Virus record (IMG/VR): IMGVR_UViG_3300027996_003878
DNA length: 64,000 bases
Reading direction: 5' to 3' (one strand)
Origin: a virus
Lineage: Duplodnaviria > Caudoviricetes
Below, piece by piece: positions 9,870-20,700 of the stretch. A model generated the notes under the pieces. It saw only the letters and a program-made list of their open reading frames with translations, made no database searches and was not told the DNA's origin. Every line of letters starts with the position of its first letter. The first letter of the stretch is position 1. Made by a program: the position numbers and the translations under genes.

Positions 9870-10565
9870 TTAAACTCTTCCAGACCACTTGTCTGTAAAA
9901 ATTCTTTTCGCACCTTGATATAGCTCGCTAACACCCAGCTGATGGGCAGTTATGTGTCCAAAATGGATGACGGGAATCGGCACAAGTCTAAAGCCAATAC
10001 CTATTTCAGATGCCCTAAAACTTAAATCTGTATCCTCAAAAAAAGCAATACCAAACTCTTCACTAAATACCTGGCCATCCTTTGTCAAATCTAATTTATT
10101 CCAAGTATTTTTAGACGCACCAAGACACCAGCCACTCATATAATTAATAGGGCGACTTTCATCATTTGTTTCATATACAAAATCAAAAGTTTCAGAGACT
10201 AGCCCCCCTGTTGGACCAACCAATACATCATTCTCTTTATCTATAGCGTCAATCAGATCATCAACCCAAGAATCTCGACGTGACTTAACCCTTATGTCGT
10301 TGTTAAGAAATAAAACAGACTCTCCGCTGGACTCACGATAACCTCTATTACAACCTTTGGCGAAACCCTCATTCTGATCATTGCGTAAATACAATATATT
10401 ATTGTACCCCGAAAGCTCTCTGTGAGTTTGGTCTGTACTGCCGTTGTCCACAACTACAACCTCGCAATAATCAGGAAGCAACGCTAAATCCTTCAAACAA
10501 GCCTGCGTAAAATTAAACTTATTCCAAACAGGAATAACAATGCTTATCTTATATTTTTTATCCAT
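9870..10565 (-). CDS. GT2 glycosyltransferase (start re-assigned to ATG 10565)
   Basis: MDKKYKISIVIPVWN, VDNGSTD, NEGFAKGCN, FLNND and EDTDLSFR. The upstream 23 codons overlap the GT4 gene. Confidence 0.85.
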   Translation of the reverse strand: MDKKYKISIVIPVWNKFNFTQACLKDLALLPDYCEVVVVDNGSTDQTHRELSGYNNILYLRNDQNEGFAKGCNRGYRESSGESVLFLNNDIRVKSRRDSWVDDLIDAIDKENDVLVGPTGGLVSETFDFVYETNDESRPINYMSGWCLGASKNTWNKLDLTKDGQVFSEEFGIAFFEDTDLSFRASEIGIGFRLVPIPVIHFGHITAHQLGVSELYQGAKRIFTDKWSGRV

Positions 10566-10566
10566 A

Positions 10567-11688
10567 CTATACCTCGCATAAGGATAACATCTGACTCGCC
10601 ACATTATCCCAAGTAAATTTATCAACCGTCTCACTCATAGCCGAGCTAAATTTTTCTTTTAAAGCGTCAAGGTTATCAACAGCATATTTTAACTTAGAGG
10701 AAGCGTCTTCTAGATCTGGAACAAACATTTTTGCGTAAACACTAGGCGTCCAATATTGATAATTCTTTGGACACCTACCTTCTTTTCCAGATACTAGCAA
10801 TGAATTGCGATCATTCATAAAATCTAAATTTCCACCATTATTTGAAGCTATGACAACATTACCAGCCGCCATACCCTGTAAGCTAGGTATGTGAAAGCAC
10901 TCTATGTTAGAGAGCGAAAAATGAATATCACAAGTCAAAAAAAGAGACTCTATATTATCGATATAATCATAAATAACTTCAATATCTGCATGATTTGGAT
11001 TTTTCCTTTTCCATCTTTTAAAAAGATCAGAAAAACTCAACTCAAAAGGTTGCATGGGTTTTTTATTCACAACCTTTAGGACCAAGCAAACATCATCTTT
11101 TTTTGTAAAAGCTCTATTATAAGCATTCAAAATGCCTTCTAGATTCTTTCTTCTGTGAGCCTGACCGCATACATTTAAAATTTTTACTTTTTTATTTGTT
11201 TTTAATTTGTAAAACTGATCATCTGGCAACTCAAAGTCATCTTTATTGATGCCATGATGTATCACAGCCAACTTGCCTTTAGGGATATTGTTGTTTAAAA
11301 AAATATTTTTAGAATATTCTGATGATGGAAGTAATTTATCTATGAAATTATGATACTTCGCCCAACCCTTAGGTATTACAGAGCCATCGTAATTATAAAT
11401 GCCAAATCTATTTTTGGCTCCGTGAGATAAATAAGCAGGAAAATTATGCATCGCAGTATAACTAAACTGCATGTCGTATTCTTTGTATTTATTTAATAAA
11501 TATTTATCAACACCTTTTGATCTAAAGCCAAGTAAATTTGGCTTTAGATCTTCAGGAAAATGCTGAATACCGTTGGTAGACATAAGATGAACATCATGAC
11601 CCAACTTTATAAATGCCCTTGCAAGATTTCTCCCTACGACCGACCAGGAGTGGTTCTTACCAAGAAATTGTTGCGATATTATTCTCAA
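10567..11688 (-). CDS. GT4 glycosyltransferase
   Basis: HHGIN, RRKNL and ECFHIPSLQGMAAG (E-x7-E motif with the second E replaced by Q), then VIASNNGG. Confidence 0.85.
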   Translation of the reverse strand: MRIISQQFLGKNHSWSVVGRNLARAFIKLGHDVHLMSTNGIQHFPEDLKPNLLGFRSKGVDKYLLNKYKEYDMQFSYTAMHNFPAYLSHGAKNRFGIYNYDGSVIPKGWAKYHNFIDKLLPSSEYSKNIFLNNNIPKGKLAVIHHGINKDDFELPDDQFYKLKTNKKVKILNVCGQAHRRKNLEGILNAYNRAFTKKDDVCLVLKVVNKKPMQPFELSFSDLFKRWKRKNPNHADIEVIYDYIDNIESLFLTCDIHFSLSNIECFHIPSLQGMAAGNVVIASNNGGNLDFMNDRNSLLVSGKEGRCPKNYQYWTPSVYAKMFVPDLEDASSKLKYAVDNLDALKEKFSSAMSETVDKFTWDNVASQMLSLCEV

Positions 11689-11719
11689 ACCTCAGCCTAA
11701 CAAAAAAGATCATATTAAT

Positions 11720-11759
11720 AAAAATAATAAGAGCGCATAGCAACAGCCGCGCTCTTATT
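11720..11759 (-). terminator. Intrinsic terminator-like hairpin between the structural module and the GT cluster
   Basis: 11-bp stem aataagagcgc (11726-36) / gcgctcttatt (11749-59), followed on the minus strand by ATTTTT. Confidence 0.7.
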
Positions 11760-11814
11760 TGACCCTTAATATTTTAAGGAAAGAAAAATATCTCGATAAA
11801 TTTAATTTAAATTT

Positions 11815-14757
11815 CTAACCGCTAAACAGCCCTTGCACCTCTGACGGCTCAATGACTAGAATATTGTTATTCCAACCAGCTTTCTTTAAATAAACAATAA
11901 TTTGTATCTTAGAAACTAGTGTCATATATATGGGGTCATTTTCAAGATCCTTGATACTTAGCCTAAGAATACCAGAGCCATAATCCATATACACGCCAAT
12001 GATATCATCAATTATAATACCATAGCCATCACCATAGCCATCTTCTACATATCCATCTAGGTTCGGAACAAATGCTTGTAGAGATGTATTAAATCTTATT
12101 CTATTTAAAGCTAAATCTTCAGCCTTAACAGTAGTACAGTCTGCGTATCTCATCGCAGGGTAACCTGCCTCTGTAAAGCCATCTCCTCGATCTAACACAA
12201 ATTTTTGAAAAACATTAATTGATTTTTCTTCAAAAGGTATAGCCGGTAATTGCAAAACAACTGTGCCAACCTCAAAATCATGCTTAAAGAAACTTCCGTC
12301 AGGCCTGAGTATCTGACCCTTTCCTATAAGCAAATTGTCAGGAACAAAGAAGTCATTTCTACCTGGATCACAGCTTAAATCTAATTCATTGTAATCTCTA
12401 CATATTGATGTTGTCTCTTCTTCACAACTTAACTGATTTACAGACTCGTCCGTGGTAAATGTGCAAGGCACCAATTTAGCATCAGTATCGATTGCGACCA
12501 AATGACTCTGCCAATAAGGCTGCGGCAGTATTCTATAAAAAACACCAGGAAATGGAACTTGTTCAAAAACTGGATCCAAATCAATCTTTGGAGGGGCTAA
12601 ATAGCCATCATAAAGTAATTCCCATGGATTTAACGTAGAGGGATCGACAATGTTTTGGCCAGTATAACCATCCAACCTCACATAGCCATCACAATCAAAA
12701 TAACCGTCATACCTTCCAACGCTTTGCTGGACCTGCAAACAAAGATGGGTAAAAGAGCTGCCTACTGGAAATGCATTTATTTTTTTATTTACATAATTTG
12801 TAATTAACTCAACATCTGTAGCAGTTATATAGCCATCACCATCTACATCAGCACGAAGCAACTCAAAAGTAGTAAAGTATCCATCAACAATTTTCTGTTG
12901 AGTTGAGTTATAAAACAAACTCTCTCCAACTAGCGATGAAGCTAAAGCAATATCATCTTTAGTAATGTATCCATCGCCATTAACATCTCCATAACCATCG
13001 ATACAAAGAGTGGTTCTGAATATTCTAAAATCTTCTAAGCAACAATCTACATTTGGAACTATCTTGCTGCCGAGTAAATTCAAAGACAATAAATCTGCAT
13101 CTGGATTTATAATACAAAAAGTATCATCTTTAGCCAGTCCGGGATAACTTTGAAATTTATCCAATTGAGGGTTTTGCTTAGGATTCGTATCCTGGGCGCA
13201 ACCTATTAGAAAAGGCTCAGTTGTCTTTTTTAAATCTTCTAGCTCCGACTCTTTAATAAAAGAAAACGATGGAACAAATTGCTTTCTAGAGAATACATCA
13301 TTTCCAGTTCGTTCATTTTGAACGACAACGCTTTCTTTTTCTACAGCCTGAATTAATCCTACATTCAGGATATCCTCGCCAGTATCTACAAAAGATTTAT
13401 TTTTTTCTTGATTATCAATTGTAGCGCCAGTACTCGGATCTGTGATGGTTTTTGGGATAATTACACCGCGCCCAAGATCATAACCTTGTCCATCCGCAAT
13501 TTTAGCTGCATCCGTCCAAACTTGAAACCACAAGTCATTTTCTGGAACATCAGTCCAAACACCGCTAAATACAGTGAGCCTTGATCTATCTAATCGATTG
13601 TTTCCAGTTCCAATAAATACAGTACCAGAATTTGCCGCACCTGCTCTTTGCAATGTAACTGCATAGTAGTTATCAACAGATATTGCAGATGAACTAGGAC
13701 TTGCTAAATTTGTTGAATTAAAAACAAAATCAATAGGCTGCAAGACATCTGTAAGAACATAACCAAGATCTTTCAAAGTACTTTGAGAAATACTTAATTG
13801 CTGTAATGGCCTTTGATTAGGATCAAAGTCAATAGCTAACTCTGGAACAAGATCAGTGGGGCATTTTACATTTGTCTGAAGAGAATAAATACTGACTATT
13901 AAATCACCAGTCCAATCGAAAATATCCTCTATTGGTGTGCTATAGCCATCATCTCTTCTAACGCCCAATAATAAAGTTATTTTTTGTAAATTATCGGTCG
14001 TGGCTTGGAACTTCTGACCGACCTGAGTTGTCACGTCACCTGGCAAAAGCTCACGCGAAGGAAGTCCAGTAATATTAATATTTAAATCATCAGCATTGTA
14101 AGTGAGGCCTATCCCATCTTGAATAACTTGAAATAATGATAAACTCGTACTTGGCAGCTTCCAATCTCGCCAAAAAATATCAGGCTCGAAATCTTGAGCA
14201 ACCATCTTTGAATCTTTAGATAATTGAAAAGATGACGCTTCCTTGACAACAATTTGTCCACCTAAATTTCTAGAACAATTATTGTTACCTTTAAAATCAT
14301 TAAAAAATAAAGCCAGAATTTTTGCATAATGCTTGGACGTTACTTGTGATTCATTTTTATAAAAATAAAAACGATCCATTTGAAGCTGACCATCAAATGA
14401 AAGGCCTATTACAGCAACTTTTACACTATAACGTCCAAATACGTCAGCACCTGTTAGCTTTATTTCTAACTGATTTCCCTGATTTACATCACTAGGCTGG
14501 CTTGTAGGCTGAATTCCATAGCCATCAAAATCACCAGCAGCAAGAAGCGCTGCGGCAGTGGCGTCAGGTTTATCTGAGTCAAATAAAACCGGCTGCTCAG
14601 CAGTTGAAGGCAGTATTCCTGAGCCAAAATGATTATTGACGATAGCTGCATCGAGCTGATTATTTGCATCTTGCTCAACTTCCATATCAGTTTGATCAAC
14701 GCGCTGAGCGTCAAACCAACGATTCTGCAATGCACTTACATCAATTCTTTTAGTCAT
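11815..14757 (-). CDS. Baseplate/tail-associated virion protein with a dockerin-like EF-hand pair and 13 DGY motifs
   Basis: N-terminal NRWFDAQRVDQTDMEVEQ resembles contractile-system baseplate N-termini; contains GDVNGDGYITKDD and ADVDGDGYITATD. Confidence 0.6.
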   Translation of the reverse strand: MTKRIDVSALQNRWFDAQRVDQTDMEVEQDANNQLDAAIVNNHFGSGILPSTAEQPVLFDSDKPDATAAALLAAGDFDGYGIQPTSQPSDVNQGNQLEIKLTGADVFGRYSVKVAVIGLSFDGQLQMDRFYFYKNESQVTSKHYAKILALFFNDFKGNNNCSRNLGGQIVVKEASSFQLSKDSKMVAQDFEPDIFWRDWKLPSTSLSLFQVIQDGIGLTYNADDLNINITGLPSRELLPGDVTTQVGQKFQATTDNLQKITLLLGVRRDDGYSTPIEDIFDWTGDLIVSIYSLQTNVKCPTDLVPELAIDFDPNQRPLQQLSISQSTLKDLGYVLTDVLQPIDFVFNSTNLASPSSSAISVDNYYAVTLQRAGAANSGTVFIGTGNNRLDRSRLTVFSGVWTDVPENDLWFQVWTDAAKIADGQGYDLGRGVIIPKTITDPSTGATIDNQEKNKSFVDTGEDILNVGLIQAVEKESVVVQNERTGNDVFSRKQFVPSFSFIKESELEDLKKTTEPFLIGCAQDTNPKQNPQLDKFQSYPGLAKDDTFCIINPDADLLSLNLLGSKIVPNVDCCLEDFRIFRTTLCIDGYGDVNGDGYITKDDIALASSLVGESLFYNSTQQKIVDGYFTTFELLRADVDGDGYITATDVELITNYVNKKINAFPVGSSFTHLCLQVQQSVGRYDGYFDCDGYVRLDGYTGQNIVDPSTLNPWELLYDGYLAPPKIDLDPVFEQVPFPGVFYRILPQPYWQSHLVAIDTDAKLVPCTFTTDESVNQLSCEEETTSICRDYNELDLSCDPGRNDFFVPDNLLIGKGQILRPDGSFFKHDFEVGTVVLQLPAIPFEEKSINVFQKFVLDRGDGFTEAGYPAMRYADCTTVKAEDLALNRIRFNTSLQAFVPNLDGYVEDGYGDGYGIIIDDIIGVYMDYGSGILRLSIKDLENDPIYMTLVSKIQIIVYLKKAGWNNNILVIEPSEVQGLFSG
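12019..12042 (-). repeat. Exact 12-nt tandem repeat encoding DGYG-DGYG
   Basis: accatagccatc x2 on the + strand. Confidence 0.9.
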
Positions 14758-14762
14758 AAAAC

Positions 14763-17700
14763 TTATTCTATATAATCAAGCGTAGCCTTGGATTGAGCGG
14801 GCTTCAACGACTCAATAAGGGTTTCAAGTACTTGTTTTGTTTTATCATTACCCAAAACTATACCAAAAGAATCTAAGATTTTTATGGTAAAGTTAAATAT
14901 ACCGAAATTTTCATTTATCAATATAGCTATATCATCAGTTTTAGATATTAAGGTATTAAAGTTTAATAAATATGTAGTAAACACATCCTCTATGACAGGA
15001 TATACAATTGATCTGTTACTACTGAAGTTAATATCTTTAGGCTGACCAGCTACCGTAAAAGTGTTTCTTGATATATTGCTCAATCTTAAATTATCAAATC
15101 TCGCCTGAGCCAAATTTGCTGAAAAGATATCAGATCCAACGAAAAACTCATTTATAACATCTTTAAAATTTAAATCGGCAGTTAGAATAGAGTTATCTAC
15201 ACCCGCAAGACCTTGACCAAAAACGGCCCCTTGTCCAAATAAAAGACCACTCCCGAAGAGTACAGTTCCTTTTTCTTCTCCATCTACAAACAATCTAATT
15301 TCATCTAAGTTGTCTTTTCGATTAAACTTATATGTAGCCATAATTCTGTGCCACGTATTACGCGACCAAAAAACTGGCTGCCTTACTTGATAATCAATAT
15401 CATTAATGCGAACATTAAAGGTTATGAACCCAGCCTCATCTTTGTAGATAGAGATTCGGTCTCCAACCACACCGCTTGGTACATAATAAACTTTGACAGG
15501 TGTATTTTGAAAAGGTAACGCTTGCCCTAAATTTATTGTTTGAAAATCACTCGCAAGCTCTCCGCCTACAAAGTAATTCACGCCAGTATTATCTGTATCT
15601 GTTTGTAATCTAACGCTTAATATTCTCGAAGCACGGCCGGACAATTTCACAGAAGCTGATGTTAGACTAACTGACTCCTCTATCACTGAGCTGCTTGCAT
15701 CAAAATAAAACCTTCTATTTGGATCATTTGCTGTATCAAACTTTGGACTTACCCAAAATTCTATACTTCCCTCTGAAGCTGTTGACAAAAACCCTTTATT
15801 ATCAACAATTAAAGGATCTTTTCCAACAACCAAGCTTTTTTCAAATCTAGAGTTTACACTTGAGCTTGACTGTAAAAATGTTTTATCTGCTGTAATCCAA
15901 AAATCTGAATCATTTACAAGCGGCAATGAATCAAAATGAAGCAACATTAATGTATCACTATTTGGCTCAAAGGGCCTTAAGCTGGTAAAATCAGTTGTAA
16001 TGTAATCTACATTATCTTCTACCGGCTCGCCTACACGAATATCTGTCAGCGCCTTTGATAGTATTCTAAACTCATCAATAACAGCATTTGCCTGATTTCT
16101 CCCATAAAGGTCTGACCCAACAAAAGCTTTTTCATTTGAAAGCGGATTGAAGTCCACCTGTAAATAAGTTTGAAAATCAAACTCAAACAAACCTTGATTT
16201 AAAGTCCATGGCGTATTTACAGATCCAGCCTCTTCAAGCACAAAGAATCCGTTTTGAAAGCCGCTTCTCCCAATACTGATATTAAAAATATCATAAGAGC
16301 CACCTGAAAAAGCAACCGGAGGAGCCGGAGAAAGCCTTACGCTATTGGTATCTATCCGGCTAGAAATTGTATAAGTACCAGCTGCCGCTGGCGGTGAGTT
16401 AATAACGAGAGCATTTCCGACCATCGAATCTGTGAAATAGCCCTGATTGTCAGTTACAATATCCGTCAAACCATCGCCAAACAAATTACTGCCAGCCTGC
16501 ACCTTATACGCAAACCTAATTATAGGAAATAAGGAATTGCCATTTGGCTCTGTTATTGAAAATGCCTCTCTTACCTCTACAGAGATTGTATCCCTAGATG
16601 GGACAATCGGAGTTGACTCGACATCAATCGAAGATATTGTTAAAAATTTATTTACAGTATCTAACGTGGTTGGCGATGTGAAAGTCAACGTTTCAAAAAC
16701 AGGGCCACCGGCCGTTGTTCCGTTAATTGTGACTGTAGGAGGATTCGTGAAGTCAACATTACTACCCGTTATTCTTACTGCTAAAATTCTGCCCTCAATA
16801 CTGTTGGAAGGCTGACTTGCAGTGAGCCCAGTTGCAACATAACGACCCAAAACTAAAGTTGCATTTGAAGGGCCTATAGCTTCTAATGGAAATAATATTG
16901 ATATTATTTTTGTTTCATTTAAATTTATAGGTGGAGGTAATTGTGTTTTAAAAATGCTTGTAGTGTTACCCCAAATGTATGACTTATCGCGGGCTCTCCT
17001 GAAATTAAGACCCAGCGTGCGTATTGCGATTTGATCTCCAGCACTAACATCACCAAGAATTGTTAAAACATTTTGCAACAAAGCGTTCTTGCTGATTTCA
17101 TATGCCGGCAACACCGCATCAGGTCCAGGAAGCTCTGTCTCAATGCCACCGCTAATTTTTGTCACAATAATATTCTTATAAAGATCAATATCAGTTGAAA
17201 CAACTGAGGAAAATTCATTTACTGAAAATCTAGCATCCTCTAGGCTAGAGGGCATAGGGCTGTCCAATGTAAGAACATTGTCACTAATAGCCAATATTGT
17301 ATATGTAAAAAATCCTGGTTCTTTTATGCTTATTGTATTTCCCGGAACTATACCCTGAGCGCCAAAATTAATTCCATCGGATATTACAATATCTGAACCA
17401 ACAACAGTATTTAAATCAGCTCCAGTTATAGCATTGGCGGGCACGGGGGTTAGAAGCAGTTCGGGCTTTACGGTTCTAAATCTATCACTAGAGGCACCTA
17501 TAGGCCTACCGCCATATCTCATTATATTAGGAACTTCTTGCCCATCTATAAATAAATGCATCTCATCCTGGCGCTCCAATGTATTAAGCTTCCAGGTAGT
17601 TGCAATATGATGTTTCTCTCCCGCCTTCCAGTCTTGAATGTCTGCGCTTATTTTATATACATTTTTTCTATTTTTAGTAGGACCGCCCTTATCATAAACT

Positions 17701-20700
17701 CTAAAGTTTAAATAACCACGCCCATCTTTATACAATGAAAATCTATCAATATCTTTTTCCTTGCCAAAATCGAATATATAATGCTCATTGTCGGCCATAA
17801 AATCTATGCCGTCGAACGAAAAATAACCGTCATAACCATCGTAACCATCAAGTTTAAAAGTAAACTCAATGCTATCCGTACCGCTTCTTAAAACATCCGT
17901 TATTTCACCAAGTCCGCTGATAAACTTAACATCATAGACCTCTCCAGAGGATTTGACGGTTCCCTGATAGATGCTACCACCATAGCCATCAACTGAATCT
18001 TTTACGATGACTTTCCATTTGCTTTCATCATCGTTGTAAAAAATAAAACAACCAGTCTCAGTAAAAATTGCCGAAGGCAAGCCTATAGGACTTTCCTTAT
18101 CTTTTCTATTTAAAATAAACTTATTGTCAGAATCATAAGTAGGATTATGACTATCAGCGCCAATAAATATTCTAGAAGAATCTAAAACAAATCCATTTTT
18201 AAATATCTGAAATGTTAAAGAAGCATCGTTGTCTAATCCGTTCCAATCAGGTATTACCCAGGTCTCTAGAGCGCCTTCTTCAAGCCTTAGGTTGCTAGTG
18301 ACAGGAAACGTTACCGTCTCACCTTCTTTTTCTAGTAAAACTCCAGTGTCGAATTTTCCAGATAATAACTGAAGATCTCCAGTGGTACTTATCTCGTCTG
18401 GATCTAGATAACTAACCCCTAGCGCCCAATGAATAAATGCCGCCTCTTCTATTTCAGGATCTATATGCGTAATGCTAGAAACCAACGATTTAATAGCGGG
18501 TATTGTCGGGCCTTTTGTAAATGACTGAAGCGCGCCAGTCAAAGCATCACGATAACGCTCTCTTGGTAAAGTTGTATCAAAAGAATTTAAAACTGGAAGA
18601 TTAACCAACGTTCCAAAGTTTTGCAACAATGAATCACGAAGAGCACCTACTTTATACGAAACAAAATACGTATCACCTTCATTCAACGCAGTAGTTTGTG
18701 TGAAATCTAATTTATTATCTCCATACTCATAGCTAACTAAAATTTCATCTGCAAGATAATTGTAATCAATAAAGTAATCGCCACGGTTGTAATCAACCAC
18801 AGGCGTTGCTGCGCCGTTTAGTCTTAAATTATAAGTTATGGTAACTGAATCCCCAACAACGGCCCCTGAGCCGCCGCTAAGAGTTATGTCATAACCGGCA
18901 AATGTACTCCCAGCTACAAATAACTCTACATTGTCAGAGTCTCTTACAACACTTTCGACGTTTGAAATTTCGATTCCAGGCGATAAAAACGTAGCCTTTA
19001 CCACAAGACCGGGCTCAACAACGCTTGATTCTGATTTTTTTACAGACAATGGATCAAGGGTAATAATATTATCAGACACACTGGCATTACCAGCAAAGTT
19101 AGTGGGTGTAATATTATTATTGAGATCAAAAACATCTACAATGTTTCTTACATTTTTAACATCGTCTGTAACGGTAATCGTGTCCGATGACACCACATAA
19201 GGAGATGTAACATCTCCATTAAAAAATCTTTCTGCTGCGATATCAAAATCTATAGGAAATACTTCATTGTCTGTAAATGAATTATAATTTATATGAAAAT
19301 TAGGCGGCGTTGCAAAATTAATATTATAATAAATATCAGATACGCTTGTAATGTGAGCATTGGCTGTTTTTATCGCAGGCTTACGGTAGTTAACTGTGCC
19401 CAAATTTAAATCTTGAGCAGGGAGAACTGCAAGATAAACTACACCATTTTGATAATCAACTTGATACTGTCCAACTGTCAGGCGGTCAGTATTTTCGCTC
19501 TCAGTAAGGAAATCTGAGTCATAATAAAGCTCAGTTTCAAATAAATCACCCCTGCTAAACGTCACACTGCTATTAAAGCTAGCGCCTATTACGTCTTCTG
19601 ACGCACCTATAATCCTATTGTTTTCTAATAGAATTTTTAAAATTCTTATGCCCAGAATGTTAGAGAACTCATTATTAACCAAGACTAATTCGTTTAAGAC
19701 CTCAGCGAATGAAGCTCTTTCTTGCACTACAGACTCAATCCTGGGGGTATTTATTGAGGAGAAGTAAACACGATTGTCATTAAACCGTGTAACATTGTAA
19801 ATCTCTCCACTCGTTTCATTATAAATTCTGAAGACATTTGTAATCGGCGTGTTTTTTACTGCTAAAGAGTTGGATGAAAGTATTCTATTTTCAATTCTTT
19901 CATCTAAAATTTCCTCATGAATCTGCGCTCTGTAGTCAATATCCGGGACTAAATTTGACTCATATTCAAATGATAATTTAGCATTTTGACCAATCAAGCT
20001 TCGCAAGGGATTTGCTACTAACTCAGAGGTTGACGGATCATATGTATAGTCTAAACGATTGCTATAAATTCTTCTATATCTATAAGAAGCTAACGGCGGA
20101 TAATTGCCCGTACCATCATTTGTAGTAGCCCCAAACACAAAAACCCTGCCTGTGTTATAGTCAATAGAATACTCACCTGTAAATGAAGGAAGTCCTTCCA
20201 GCCTAAAGGGAATTTCTTTTAAAAATGCAGGGTGAGTTGCGCTGAAAGGAGGGTTGGAATTGGGGTCTAAAAACGTAACTCCATTTAACTGATCTATTGG
20301 GATGATGTCACTACTATCTACAATTGGAGAATTATCTAATGTGAATTCCGTAAGAACAGGAGGCACGGCCTCTCTGGTTACTTCGACAACTTCTGATACA
20401 GTTATAGTATCCTCTAAAACATATCTTCCACGAGACTTATACTCATAATCAATAACAACTTCATCAGCAGGACCCGGCACAACAAAACCATCATCCAGCA
20501 CAGTAGAATTTAATTTAAATTGATTATTCTCTAGAGTTAATAGTGGTGATGCGAAGTTCTCATCATATCTAGAATCTTTTATTTGATAACCATAAACTGG
20601 GATAATATATTCATATGTACCGCCAGATGCATATTTAATTAATACTTTATTTAACTTGCTAACAAAATTATTTTTTGCCGTCAGGATAAAATTATTAAAA

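Noticed and set aside
10566-10634. N-terminal extension of the GT2 ORF (and similarly 50423-50455 of the holin-like ORF)
   Set aside because: The first overlaps the upstream gene and the second lacks an SD; downstream ATGs give canonical starts.
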